Virus record (IMG/VR): IMGVR_UViG_3300028597_000008
Strand: one strand, 5' to 3'
Length of the DNA: 64,000 nucleotides
From: an uncultured virus (IMG/VR IMGVR_UViG_3300028597_000008)
Taxonomy: Duplodnaviria > Heunggongvirae > Uroviricota > Caudoviricetes
The position numbers and the translations under genes were made by a program. The notes beneath the pieces were generated by a model. The model saw only the letters and a program-made list of their open reading frames with translations, had not been told where the DNA came from and ran no database searches. Position 1 is the first letter of the stretch, and every line of letters begins with the position of its first letter. Shown here in pieces: positions 29,771 through 39,895 of this stretch.

Positions 29771-32095
29771 ATGACGCTGACCGAGTTTATTGATGACAAA
29801 ATCGCGCTTGCTTTAGACTTTCGCGGTTTGTCGAAATACAACCCGGTCGAGATTGTGGTCGAGAATGGAGTAAACAAGTTCTCCATTCTCGTTTCATATC
29901 TTGAACCGGATACCCTTACCGTTCCGTACAACGTGACTTGGATTAACGCGAATCCAGAACACGAAGATTACAAAACGCTGATGCGTCGCGTTGATGCAGA
30001 AAAATACGATGACTCCGGTTATCGTGGTTCGTGGGCCGTTCTCACTACCGTTGAAGAAATTTACAACGAAGTGCAGTATTTCAAAAAGGAAAGCGACCCG
30101 ATCCTTGGCGAAATCGACAAATTCCGCCCACCGCTAGCAACCATCAAAACCGCTGGTGGTTTTTATCTGAATCGTGAAGCTGCTGACGACACCGATCCAA
30201 TTGTCGTTGGTAATAACGATGTTCGCATGAGCAACAAACGTGTGCCTAAACCGCACTCGCATGCGAAATTGCCAATCACTATGCTGAGCGCTGGTGATGG
30301 TACTGATAAATACGTCGCAACAACCACGAACGATCCGGTTGCCGGTGACATGATGTTCATTACCGGTGAAGACGAAGACGGGAATTATATCGGCACATGG
30401 TTGCCGCCAACTACCGAATTCGCCTACATGGGGCCGCGTCCAATTTCGGTTGATGTGATTGGCCCGATTGACGTAATCAACGGCAATTCGAATCACGTTC
30501 TGCGCGCTGATGTGAATTTCGACGATGGCAGCAAAACGCAAAACGCCAAAGTCGTTTGGTCGATTGATCCGACCAGCGAAAACGCCGACAAAGGTACAGT
30601 CAATGCGGCCACTGGTGTGTTCCACGCCAACCCGGTTGCAATTGATACGCCTGTTCACGTCACCGCGACTTTCACCCACGAAGAAAGCGGCGTAGTCGTA
30701 AAAGTTGAATACGTAATTATCATCAAAGGCGATCCGACGTTGGTTCTGTTGACCAGCATTCGCATTGATGGCCCTGCGCAATTCAACAAAAACCAGACCG
30801 GTACTTACACTGTCGTCGCAACCTACAGCGATAACAGCACCCGGACTGTAACGCCAAACGTTTTCACTTCGAGCAATACCAACGCCGGTACTTTTGCAGG
30901 CGGCGTGCTGACTCCAAAACCAGCACAAATTTACGATGTGAATACGCGTCTGTCGGCAACTTATGTTGAGGGCGGAATTACCCGCAACGCAACACTCGAC
31001 GTAGTTATCAAAGACCCAACGGTTTATCCGAAAACCATCACCATTAATGGCCCGGTTGAAGTAAACCAAAATGAACAAATTCCTCTGACTGCACACGTCG
31101 TTTACACGGATGATTCCGAGGCGGATGTTCAAGGTGTTTGGTCTGTGACTGCATCCACCTACGCAACTATTGCGCAGACTGGTGTGCTGACCGCGAAAGA
31201 GTTGACTGCGCCGGGTAGCAAATCGGTAGAGGTAAACGTTTCGTTCACTTCTAATACCGTGACTGTGACCACGAAGAAAACTATCGCAATTGTGGACAAC
31301 AAAATCTGGCCGGTTAGTGCTGCAATTTCTGGCCCAGCAACTGTTGCCCCGTTGGGTACTGCACAATTCGTTTACACCGTGACTTATTCTGACGGTTCTA
31401 CCGCCGAGCAAGTTCCAGTGTGGAGCGTTACTGATGCAACCTACGGCACAATTAATCCGGGTACTGGTGCATTTACTGCAACTGCTTCCCTTGGCAATAC
31501 CACTGTGCGCGCAACGTACAGCGAAAGCGGCGTAAACCTCAATGCAAACAAATCGGTTGCGGTTGAAGCTGTTGTAGAAGTGCTGCCTGCTCTGCGCTTT
31601 GGTACTGCAATGTTTACGGCAAATGATTTCCTCGGCGGGCCGAAAACGCCTACGCAAGACGAAATTGATTATGGCGTAGACCCGGTTAATTCGCCGTCCG
31701 GTCGTCCGTACGTGCATTACACCGGCTTGGAAGATTTCATTTCCACAGTCATGACCAACACGCTGGAATTGAATGCTACTGAAACGAAGAATTTCTCAAC
31801 CACAATTAACGTCGATGATTTTATCTACGTGATGTGGCCTGCAAGTGCAGGGGATACTTACTTCATTGATTTGGCAAACAACTTCAACGTAACGTTTGAC
31901 GGTATTAACCATCGCAACGCCGAATTGGGTAATACGGAAGGTCTGCCGGGTTACGACCCTGACCTGCCTAAAACGCTCACCGTGCAATTTGATGACGGTT
32001 CCGGCGAACGCCCTTGGATTATTGTTCGTAGCGAAGCAACCACTCTGCCTGAGTTTGCCCCGCGTACTGACAACTATTCCGTCAAATACGTGTAA
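29771..32095 (+). CDS. Structural fibre protein with tandem Ig-like (Big-2-like) domains
   Basis: Repeats of (I/V)xGP..V...Y(S/T)D.S...W(S)...TG.F/L.A, about 4 copies; Thr/Val-rich. Confidence 0.8.
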   Translation: MTLTEFIDDKIALALDFRGLSKYNPVEIVVENGVNKFSILVSYLEPDTLTVPYNVTWINANPEHEDYKTLMRRVDAEKYDDSGYRGSWAVLTTVEEIYNEVQYFKKESDPILGEIDKFRPPLATIKTAGGFYLNREAADDTDPIVVGNNDVRMSNKRVPKPHSHAKLPITMLSAGDGTDKYVATTTNDPVAGDMMFITGEDEDGNYIGTWLPPTTEFAYMGPRPISVDVIGPIDVINGNSNHVLRADVNFDDGSKTQNAKVVWSIDPTSENADKGTVNAATGVFHANPVAIDTPVHVTATFTHEESGVVVKVEYVIIIKGDPTLVLLTSIRIDGPAQFNKNQTGTYTVVATYSDNSTRTVTPNVFTSSNTNAGTFAGGVLTPKPAQIYDVNTRLSATYVEGGITRNATLDVVIKDPTVYPKTITINGPVEVNQNEQIPLTAHVVYTDDSEADVQGVWSVTASTYATIAQTGVLTAKELTAPGSKSVEVNVSFTSNTVTVTTKKTIAIVDNKIWPVSAAISGPATVAPLGTAQFVYTVTYSDGSTAEQVPVWSVTDATYGTINPGTGAFTATASLGNTTVRATYSESGVNLNANKSVAVEAVVEVLPALRFGTAMFTANDFLGGPKTPTQDEIDYGVDPVNSPSGRPYVHYTGLEDFISTVMTNTLELNATETKNFSTTINVDDFIYVMWPASAGDTYFIDLANNFNVTFDGINHRNAELGNTEGLPGYDPDLPKTLTVQFDDGSGERPWIIVRSEATTLPEFAPRTDNYSVKYV

Positions 32096-32104
32096 CCGAG
32101 TACG

Positions 32105-32137
32105 AAGCTGGTTATCCGAAAGGGTAGCCAGCTTTTT
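32105..32137 (+). terminator. Intrinsic terminator
   Basis: AAGCTGGTTATCC-GAAA-GGGTAGCCAGCTTTTT. Confidence 0.85.
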
Positions 32138-32164
32138 GTGCTCCATAAGGGGAATACAAATTCC

Positions 32165-33835
32165 ATGGCCGACACCAGCTTTGAGGGACTTTGGCCCGTA
32201 CAGTTAGATATTCTTGGCCCGTCTGCGCCACTACCGGAACGTTCAACGTTTCAAATGCGTGCACAAGTCACGTATGAGAATGATGCAAAGCAAATTGTCA
32301 CTCCCTCATCGTGGTCTGTCACGTCTACTGAATTCGGTTCGATTGATAATGCTGGATTGTTCACTGCTGGTGCTGTTAGCGCTGGTACGCGAAGTGTGCA
32401 AATTAACTGCGCGTTTTATCACGAAGAATCGGATACGACTCTGACTGCAATTCTTGTTGTCACAGTCAAAGATATTGACACGCCTCCTGCGCTGGTTTCT
32501 ATTTCGGTAGTTGGTAAAACCGAAGTCGAGAAAAATAGTGTTGAAACGTACGAGGTAGTAGCACGGTTTGACAACAATACGACGAAGCCGGTTACGCCAG
32601 CATCGTTTACTTCGAGTCGTCCGGGCATTGCGACAATTGATACAACCGGTGTTGCGCATTTCCTAAAGATTCGTGGCAGTGCATCGGTACGCTTCACCGC
32701 AACATATGTGGAAAACAACGTAACGCGCACGGCATTTGCTGACGTGTTGGTTGTGGACTCTTCGATTTATCCGGTTAAAGGTTTTGTCTTTGGCCCTGCC
32801 TTTGTCACTGAGCGTGGTCGAGCCGCGTTCGGTTTTGATGTATTGTTTGAAAACGGGAAAAACCAGCAGGTAGTCGCGAATTGGCATAGCACCAATGAAA
32901 AAGCTGGTCACATTTCCTGCGACGGAACATTCATTGCAAATGCCGTGGATGGAATTGAAAAAACGACCATCGTTGCGTCGTACGAATTTGACGGCACCCA
33001 TACATCGGCCTCGTTTGAATTGAGCGTGCTGGATATTACGGTTCGCCCTGAATCTCTGAGCATCGAAGGCCCGTCGAAAATTCGTGAAGGTTTGGTGGTT
33101 CAATATTACACCACAGTGCAGTTTACCAATGGTACACGACAAGCCGTAAACGCAGATTTGCGCGCAGCCGGTGCCGCTGGTTTTGTGGATGCAGGAAACC
33201 AATTCCATGCAGCACGACAAGTAAACGTAGAAACACCCGCACAGCTTTTCGCAATGTATGAAGGTTTGGAAGCGTTGCGCACGGTCGATGTAATTCCGGC
33301 CACGTACAAACCGGTTAGCTGCTACATTGAATTGCGTAGCCCGATGCACGTTGGTGAATATCAGGCTTTGAAATTCCATGTGGTTTATGAGGATGGTAGC
33401 GATCTTGTATTGCCTGCCGAGTGGAGCATTTCCAACGAATGGATTGCTTCGATTACTCAATCCGGTGTGTTGCATGCTTCGCAAGTTGTAGAAACTGCTG
33501 AGTTGGTTGTTTACGCGGAAACCAACGTGAGCGGTGTGGAACTGAAAACTGAATTGATGGTGCGTATTTTGGATATCCGTACGTTCCCGACTTCGATCCG
33601 TATTGACGGGCCGGATTCTGTGCGTGCAAATACACAAACCAATTTCAGCGCGGTCGCAACATTCAGTGATGGAAGTGAACAGCCAGTTTTGCCGCATTGG
33701 TTTTGCGCAGATGACGCTGTGAATATTCAACTGGGCGCCTTCAAGGCATCGGTGGCTGGCAAATATCAGTTGAAGGTTTCCTACATTCTTCAACACGAGA
33801 CGGTCACGGCACTAAAAGAGATTACCGTTTTATGA
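32165..33835 (+). CDS. Structural protein made of about 6 tandem Ig-like domains
   Basis: Repeated P..I.GP...F..G....W/F.S motifs along the whole length; AAGGGG RBS before ATG 32165. Confidence 0.8.
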   Translation: MADTSFEGLWPVQLDILGPSAPLPERSTFQMRAQVTYENDAKQIVTPSSWSVTSTEFGSIDNAGLFTAGAVSAGTRSVQINCAFYHEESDTTLTAILVVTVKDIDTPPALVSISVVGKTEVEKNSVETYEVVARFDNNTTKPVTPASFTSSRPGIATIDTTGVAHFLKIRGSASVRFTATYVENNVTRTAFADVLVVDSSIYPVKGFVFGPAFVTERGRAAFGFDVLFENGKNQQVVANWHSTNEKAGHISCDGTFIANAVDGIEKTTIVASYEFDGTHTSASFELSVLDITVRPESLSIEGPSKIREGLVVQYYTTVQFTNGTRQAVNADLRAAGAAGFVDAGNQFHAARQVNVETPAQLFAMYEGLEALRTVDVIPATYKPVSCYIELRSPMHVGEYQALKFHVVYEDGSDLVLPAEWSISNEWIASITQSGVLHASQVVETAELVVYAETNVSGVELKTELMVRILDIRTFPTSIRIDGPDSVRANTQTNFSAVATFSDGSEQPVLPHWFCADDAVNIQLGAFKASVAGKYQLKVSYILQHETVTALKEITVL

Positions 33836-35160
33836 TTATTGCAATCGCGGCCTCGCAGGCAGACTTCGCACAATTCCAGTGGTATTCCAACGAAGGCAAG
33901 GATATCTCGCTGGAAAGTGGCGGCAAACATTTGATTGCAAACAAAGACGACCTGATTGGTTTGCGTGTATCCACGTCGAACAATGCCAAGGGCACATTTC
34001 AGGTTGTATTCGCCAAGTACCCACAAATCATTTTCCGTGCAATCAAGCCGGAAGTGGTTGCGAAATTCAAGAAGCAATTGAAAGAGTACAAAGGCGTGCC
34101 AGACAAGCCGGGTAAAACCGGCCAGCGCCAGCGCAAGATCACGCACGATATCGAACCGGCGAAAGATACCGACAAGATGACTGCGCAATTTTTCCGTAGT
34201 CCAAACAAACCGCGTGAATCGGGTTCGTACGACAAGGAAGATTATCAGTGGCGAAAGATTGTGCATGGTGGCGATGTAATTACCACGAAGCACAGCGGCA
34301 ACACACGCCACGCGCTGAAACACGATGACGTTATTGGTATGCGTTATCTGCGCAAGTCGCACGGCGGTTACATCATTACCCCATTGGGCGAACGGGTAAT
34401 GATCGACCATGACCTGTATGAAAAAATCACCAACAATTCCGATATCTTGCCGAAGTCTTTGCAGGAACGCGGCGTGGTTGACCTCAAGGATATCAAAGCG
34501 AATCTGCCGAAAGGTACAAAGATTCGTATGCCTCGATTGCTCCCGCCAAAACCAATCAAAGATTCCGGCGATCCCGGTGGTGAACACGGTTACGAACACT
34601 TCCACGGCAAACACGCCAAAAACCTTGTGTCGAAATTCGATTACACGGAAGTGGATAGTGAATTCGATTTCGAACCGGAAGAGGAAGAAGCACTTCTTAA
34701 TCCGCCTTTGGAAGATTCTGATTTCGAAGACGAAATTCAAGAAACTGTAAATTCCGGTAAGAAAGGCACTGGCGTTGATGACGATTTCGACGCGGAATTC
34801 GAAGACGAAGATGAAGACGGCGATCCTGAAACCGATTTCCATCACGATATCGAAACCGACGAAGAAACCGGCGAACCAATTGAAGATGAAGGCGCAGTTT
34901 ACGCCCACGAAGGTTTGGTACTGAAAACCAAAGACGGCGAAGAATGGGTTGTCATGCACATTGAGGAAGCTGGTCTGTCTGATATTCTGGTAATGTACAG
35001 CGAGCGTACAAAAGCGCTTCGCCATTACAAAGTGCCTACCGGAGAAGACATGCGGAATATGAAAACTGTATCGGTCGGCGGCAGCATTAGCGGGAAAAAG
35101 CTGTTGAAGATGCAGGAAGATTCTGCTCAACTTGAAATGAAGGCTGGAAAACGTCTATGA
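33832..35160 (+). CDS. Hypothetical protein, possibly internal head protein, with acidic region and internal duplication
   Basis: 442 aa; MIIAIAAS start; repeated QW...KDD(L/V)IG(L/M)R-like module; D/E-rich stretch. Confidence 0.7.
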   Translation: MIIAIAASQADFAQFQWYSNEGKDISLESGGKHLIANKDDLIGLRVSTSNNAKGTFQVVFAKYPQIIFRAIKPEVVAKFKKQLKEYKGVPDKPGKTGQRQRKITHDIEPAKDTDKMTAQFFRSPNKPRESGSYDKEDYQWRKIVHGGDVITTKHSGNTRHALKHDDVIGMRYLRKSHGGYIITPLGERVMIDHDLYEKITNNSDILPKSLQERGVVDLKDIKANLPKGTKIRMPRLLPPKPIKDSGDPGGEHGYEHFHGKHAKNLVSKFDYTEVDSEFDFEPEEEEALLNPPLEDSDFEDEIQETVNSGKKGTGVDDDFDAEFEDEDEDGDPETDFHHDIETDEETGEPIEDEGAVYAHEGLVLKTKDGEEWVVMHIEEAGLSDILVMYSERTKALRHYKVPTGEDMRNMKTVSVGGSISGKKLLKMQEDSAQLEMKAGKRL

Positions 35161-37091
35161 AATTCACGGCTGTTCAGAAGCGTGCAATGAAACTTGATCC
35201 ACTGAGCTTTGCAAAATCGTTGCAACGCTCTGAGCTTAAAGCCGTGCTGACGGAGTTGGACGAACGCTATCGGAAAGGTGAGGAAGTAATTGGCGACGAA
35301 CATTACGACATTATGGATGACTATTATTGGTCAACCATGCGTGATAAGAAATCGACAAAGAAAGTCGGCGGTGTAAAAAACGCTGACGTTCGCCTTGAAG
35401 TTCCGATGGCGTCCCTCGATAAATTCCGTACTCTTTCCGCTGCAAAACAAAATGCTTTTATGAAAGGCACCGGTTTTGTTTTGGGTGACAAAGAGGACGG
35501 GATTAGTTGCGGGTTGACCTACGATAACGGTGTGCCTATTCAGGCCACCACGCGGGGAGAGGAAGGGATTGACGGCAAAGATATTTCGCAGTTGATTCCT
35601 TACCTCAAAATCCCTAAAAAGATTCCGTTCAAAGGGCGGTTCATCGTACGCGGTGAATTGACCATGGACAAAACAGTGTTCCAACGTATTTTCAATGGCG
35701 TTTATAAAACCAGTCGCGGCCTCGGTGCTGGTCTGGTTACACGCCTTGACGATCACGCGGTAGCCAAGCATTTCCGTTTCGTTGTTTACGAAGTGCAGAA
35801 AGGCAAGACTGCGAACGGCCCGATTCTGGATCAACTGGAATTGCTGGCACGTTATAAATTCGATGTGGTTCCGTACAAATACGTGGACGAAATCAACGAA
35901 TCCAAATTGATCGACTACCACGACGAACGCAAAGCAAAAGCTGGTCGAGATATTGACGGAATTGTTGTTGTGAAAAACATTCCGTATAAAGCGACGGCTG
36001 GCTACCCAACGCATGCGTACGCCTTCAAAATAAATAGCCTTGCCTCTTCCGTGTTAATTCCTGTCAAGGATGTGGTGTGGGAAGAAAGTCGCCTCGGTCG
36101 AATTACACCTCGCGTTGAAATTGAGCCGACAATTATCGGTGGCGTAGAGGTTTCATTTTTCACCGGGCACAACAATTTCTTCATCGAACACGGATACAAG
36201 CAGGAAGTCGCACACAATCCACCGTATAAACCACGGCCACTCAACAAAGGCGCGATGATTCGTGCTGTGCGTTCGGGTGACGTAATTCCATTTATTATGG
36301 AAGTGGTGAAGGGTGCGAAGGTTGCAGCAAAACCAGACATTCCATACGAACGACGGGGCGTGTTCCTGTATGCGGTACACGAGGGGAAGTCGGACGTTCG
36401 TGTTGTTAAAGAATTAACGCATTTTTTCACGTCGCTAAAAACTGACGGGATGCAACGCGGCACCGTAACCAAACTGGTTGACGCCGGTTATGACACGGTG
36501 AAAAAGATCGTCGCAATGAGCGTAGACGACTGGCGTACGTTACCCGGTTTTGCGAATAAAAGTGCAGACACTGCATATGCCAACGTTCAAAGCTGCAAAG
36601 CGCGAATGACTTTTGCAAACGTTGCTGTTGGTTCGGCTGCGTTTGGTGAAGCCATCGGGGCTAAACGTCTCGACGCGTTGATTGAAGCGGTTCCTGATTT
36701 GTTGGAAAAGATTGATTTACCACAAGCCGGATTAGTGGATATCATTTCTGACGTTCGTGGTTTCAACAAGCTGGCGTTGCAAATCGCCAAGAACCTGAAA
36801 AAGTTCGCGAAATTCTGTAAGCGTAACGGCATCAAACTGGTGCAGCAGAAGAAAGCGAAAGTCACAGGTAAATCCATGTTTGGTCAAATGGTTCTATTCA
36901 CATCCGTGCGAGATAAACAACTGGAAGAGTGGATTATTGCTAACGGCGGCAAACTTGCCAGCACCGTGAAACAAGCCACTGTACTTGTCGTCAAAGATGA
37001 AAACTCTTCGAACAAGAAAACCGAGGAAGCAGAACAACTCGGTAAGCCAGTCCTAACCTTAGCCAACTTTCGCAAGAAGCACGGAATCTAA
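35157..37091 (+). CDS. ligA: NAD-dependent DNA ligase
   Basis: PMASLDK, DKEDG (KxDG), TRG, VRGEL, DIDGIVV, AYAFK, RSGDVIP, HhH repeats, C-terminal BRCT-like region. Confidence 0.93.
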   Translation: MKFTAVQKRAMKLDPLSFAKSLQRSELKAVLTELDERYRKGEEVIGDEHYDIMDDYYWSTMRDKKSTKKVGGVKNADVRLEVPMASLDKFRTLSAAKQNAFMKGTGFVLGDKEDGISCGLTYDNGVPIQATTRGEEGIDGKDISQLIPYLKIPKKIPFKGRFIVRGELTMDKTVFQRIFNGVYKTSRGLGAGLVTRLDDHAVAKHFRFVVYEVQKGKTANGPILDQLELLARYKFDVVPYKYVDEINESKLIDYHDERKAKAGRDIDGIVVVKNIPYKATAGYPTHAYAFKINSLASSVLIPVKDVVWEESRLGRITPRVEIEPTIIGGVEVSFFTGHNNFFIEHGYKQEVAHNPPYKPRPLNKGAMIRAVRSGDVIPFIMEVVKGAKVAAKPDIPYERRGVFLYAVHEGKSDVRVVKELTHFFTSLKTDGMQRGTVTKLVDAGYDTVKKIVAMSVDDWRTLPGFANKSADTAYANVQSCKARMTFANVAVGSAAFGEAIGAKRLDALIEAVPDLLEKIDLPQAGLVDIISDVRGFNKLALQIAKNLKKFAKFCKRNGIKLVQQKKAKVTGKSMFGQMVLFTSVRDKQLEEWIIANGGKLASTVKQATVLVVKDENSSNKKTEEAEQLGKPVLTLANFRKKHGI

Positions 37092-37093
37092 CC

Positions 37094-37414
37094 ATGTCGA
37101 ATATTGTTACCTCTTTTGATGCTCTGAAACGTCAACGCAATTACCCGCACGACGTTACCGTAGTAGAACATCATGGAAAACCAGACCAAAATCCTCGCGT
37201 GTCTGTCCTGATTTATAAAGCGACCGGAACTGGTCTGGCTGTAGCAACGCTGGAAAAGAATGAAATTCATTGGGGTGTTTCCGAAGTAAAGGGCCTCAAT
37301 GATTATTACGGTGCCAAATGGCCCCAACACACAGACGCACCAACCGACGAAGGCGCAGTCAATCTAATTGTTGGATTGCTTGATTTCGCAGTCGCACACG
37401 ATGGAGTTTATTGA
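37094..37414 (+). CDS. Hypothetical protein
   Basis: 106-aa ORF closely spaced between neighbours. Confidence 0.7.
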   Translation: MSNIVTSFDALKRQRNYPHDVTVVEHHGKPDQNPRVSVLIYKATGTGLAVATLEKNEIHWGVSEVKGLNDYYGAKWPQHTDAPTDEGAVNLIVGLLDFAVAHDGVY

Positions 37415-37417
37415 GTC

Positions 37418-38545
37418 ATGTTGAAAATTGCCGTGTACGCTATTGCGAAAAATGAACAGCACAACGTTGCAGAATGGTTAGAGTCCGTAGCCGATGCAGA
37501 CGGTGTGTTTGTTCTCGATACTGGCAGCAAGGATAAAACAATTGAATTGCTGCGAGAGGGTGGAGCGACCGTAAATCACATGAGCGGCGGAAAACCTTTC
37601 CGTTTCGACCTCGCCCGCAACGAAGCAATGAATCGCGTACCCGAAGATTTCGACGTACTTGTGTCGCTGGATTTTGACGAACGTTTGAGTCCAGATTGGC
37701 GCAAAGTAATTGAGGAACAATTCGACGCTGAAACTGATTGCGCCAATTACACATTGGTGTACAGCTTCACCGACGATGGACAAATCCTCATGTCGTATCC
37801 GCGCATGGCGGTGCACCGTCGCAATAGCGCTACATGGCAATATGCTGTACACGAATTGTTGATTCCTCATCAAGGCGCTTTGCGTAAAACGTTGGATATG
37901 TACGCGGTGCATTACGGTGAGGCAAAACCAGCGGGCCATTATTTGGACTTGCTGAAAACGTGTCACGAAGAACGTCCGAATGATCCGCGCCCGTTGGGTT
38001 ATCTGGCACGCGAATATTACGGAATGGGTAATTTTCAAATGGCGGTGCCGCTTTATAAACGGTACGTCCAGATTGAACAATATCCGCCCGTGTTGAGTGA
38101 AGCGTGTATTCGTCTCGCTCATATGCACACAGATTTTGTCAGTCAGGAATGGTGGTTGCGTCAAGCAATTCAATCCTGCAACGACATGCGCGAACCTTAC
38201 TGCGAAATGGCGTTGTTTTATTTCCGCAATGAAATGTGGGAACACTGTGTCACCGCCGTGAAAAGTGCTGCAAGGATTCCACGACCAGATTACAACGCGA
38301 TTTATCGTGACGAATATTATTCGGACACGTGGGTTTATCACATGTTGATGGCTGCATATCAGCAGGATGGTAACTATCGCCGCGCATTGCAAATGCGTGA
38401 CTCTTTAGTCCATGCATATGCTGGGCAACCGATTCCAGCAAGTGCTACGCAAGACATTCTAATTCTGCAAAATGCAGTAAATGAGGTTTACCATGCATAT
38501 CGCGATTGCGTTCGCGGCACCGGAAGCGAAACGGCGGAACAGTAG
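37418..38545 (+). CDS. Glycosyltransferase family 2 with C-terminal TPR-like repeats
   Basis: KIAVYAIAKNE, VLDTGSKD, FDLARNEA, SLDFDERL (DxD), VHE, YLAREY then helical repeats. Confidence 0.88.
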   Translation: MLKIAVYAIAKNEQHNVAEWLESVADADGVFVLDTGSKDKTIELLREGGATVNHMSGGKPFRFDLARNEAMNRVPEDFDVLVSLDFDERLSPDWRKVIEEQFDAETDCANYTLVYSFTDDGQILMSYPRMAVHRRNSATWQYAVHELLIPHQGALRKTLDMYAVHYGEAKPAGHYLDLLKTCHEERPNDPRPLGYLAREYYGMGNFQMAVPLYKRYVQIEQYPPVLSEACIRLAHMHTDFVSQEWWLRQAIQSCNDMREPYCEMALFYFRNEMWEHCVTAVKSAARIPRPDYNAIYRDEYYSDTWVYHMLMAAYQQDGNYRRALQMRDSLVHAYAGQPIPASATQDILILQNAVNEVYHAYRDCVRGTGSETAEQ

Positions 38546-39893
38546 TGGCTTTCAGCGTATGGGGAAAGAGGAATTTCTGAAACTTCCTCTTAACCAACAA
38601 AAACGTTACGTCGAGCAATATCCGCAAACCTCGCACCGGCTGCTAATTAAAGGGTTGAATATCGAGGAACGCGCCGAAGGCAAATTGGTTCCGGCGAAGA
38701 AACAAAAAGACCAGCAAGTTGCCGTCAATGCAAAGGAGGCAGCTAAACAAGTTGCCCCTACTGCTGGCGACGATGACATTTTCGCACGTCGTCGTAAATT
38801 CGAAGAACAGAAGCGCAACTCTGCAATTCGCAAAGATATCAGTGACCTCAATAAAACGAATGTCGGTGCAATTACGCCGCATTCGTTGCAGGCCATTGAT
38901 ACGATCAAAACCCATGAGGTTCGTGCAGCCGCTGAAAACATCACCAAAAATAAAGAGTCGATTGTCTCTGCGGTGAAAGAACAGGCGGAAAAACGCCCGA
39001 ATATGTTTGGTCGTGGTTTGGACACAATCAAGCGTGTGCTTGGCCGTGATACCGATCCGAAAGAATTGAGCGTAACCGAGCGCTATGCAGCGGAACGTTC
39101 TCTGACTTCGATTGCAACCATGGCAATGTTTGGCGCTGGTATTGTTGCGTTCGGCGTTGCTGGTGCACCACTGGGCGTAATTGCCGGTCGTGTTCTTTTC
39201 GATATGTGGATGAAGAAAGGCAAAGGCCAGCATTTGGCAAATGACCTTTCGAAACTGCGTGATGCGAGAAGACGTAAAGCGAAAATGAAAGAGAAAGAAC
39301 GTCAGGCAGAAATTGCAGAACGTGACGGTCTCGCATTTAACTACGACACGAAAGTAGGTGGCAGCACCTACGGCAAAGAAAACGATGCAGCGGCAGAAAC
39401 CGCTAAACGTTTGGCCGAAAAAGATGAAGTGCAGAAAGCTCGCGATAAAAAGCGGACAGCACCGAAGTCCAAAGGTTCAAAAGATTCTCGCCAGCTTGCG
39501 GCGGCGTCAGCGTACAACCCGGTCGATCACGACGATACCATTAATTTAGTAGTAGAGCAGATTGCCGACATTCTGAAATACCAAAGTGTCGAAGACCTGA
39601 AAGAACATCGCGACGATATGTTCAAAACTACTGCTGCGGCATCGCAAAGCGAATTGGAATATATCCTTACGCTTGCGCTGTGCCATGGTTTCGAACAAAC
39701 CGGCGAAGGCATGACATTTGTTTGCCCTGATTTGAGTGCGTTGCGTTCAATTTGTCAAAACACTTTGGGAATGCACCTCGAATCGTATTCGCAAGGTGTG
39801 TTCAATTACACCAAAGACAATGCACTGGTTTCGTTCGGGCGATCCGATAAGCCTGAAACGTATTACATTCGTACCGTCGGCCCACTGAGGTAA
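38493..39893 (+). CDS. Hypothetical protein with Gly-rich hydrophobic segment, possibly internal head/ejection protein
   Basis: GAGG RBS before ATG 38493 (MHIAIAFAAP); IATMAMFGAGIVAFGVAGAPLGVIAG segment. Confidence 0.7.
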   Translation: MHIAIAFAAPEAKRRNSSGFQRMGKEEFLKLPLNQQKRYVEQYPQTSHRLLIKGLNIEERAEGKLVPAKKQKDQQVAVNAKEAAKQVAPTAGDDDIFARRRKFEEQKRNSAIRKDISDLNKTNVGAITPHSLQAIDTIKTHEVRAAAENITKNKESIVSAVKEQAEKRPNMFGRGLDTIKRVLGRDTDPKELSVTERYAAERSLTSIATMAMFGAGIVAFGVAGAPLGVIAGRVLFDMWMKKGKGQHLANDLSKLRDARRRKAKMKEKERQAEIAERDGLAFNYDTKVGGSTYGKENDAAAETAKRLAEKDEVQKARDKKRTAPKSKGSKDSRQLAAASAYNPVDHDDTINLVVEQIADILKYQSVEDLKEHRDDMFKTTAAASQSELEYILTLALCHGFEQTGEGMTFVCPDLSALRSICQNTLGMHLESYSQGVFNYTKDNALVSFGRSDKPETYYIRTVGPLR

Positions 39894-39895
39894 GT

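Noticed and set aside
34744..34751. ACTGTAAA as another copy of the middle promoter motif
   Set aside because: Partial match deep inside coding sequence, about 400 nt from the next start; compatible with chance
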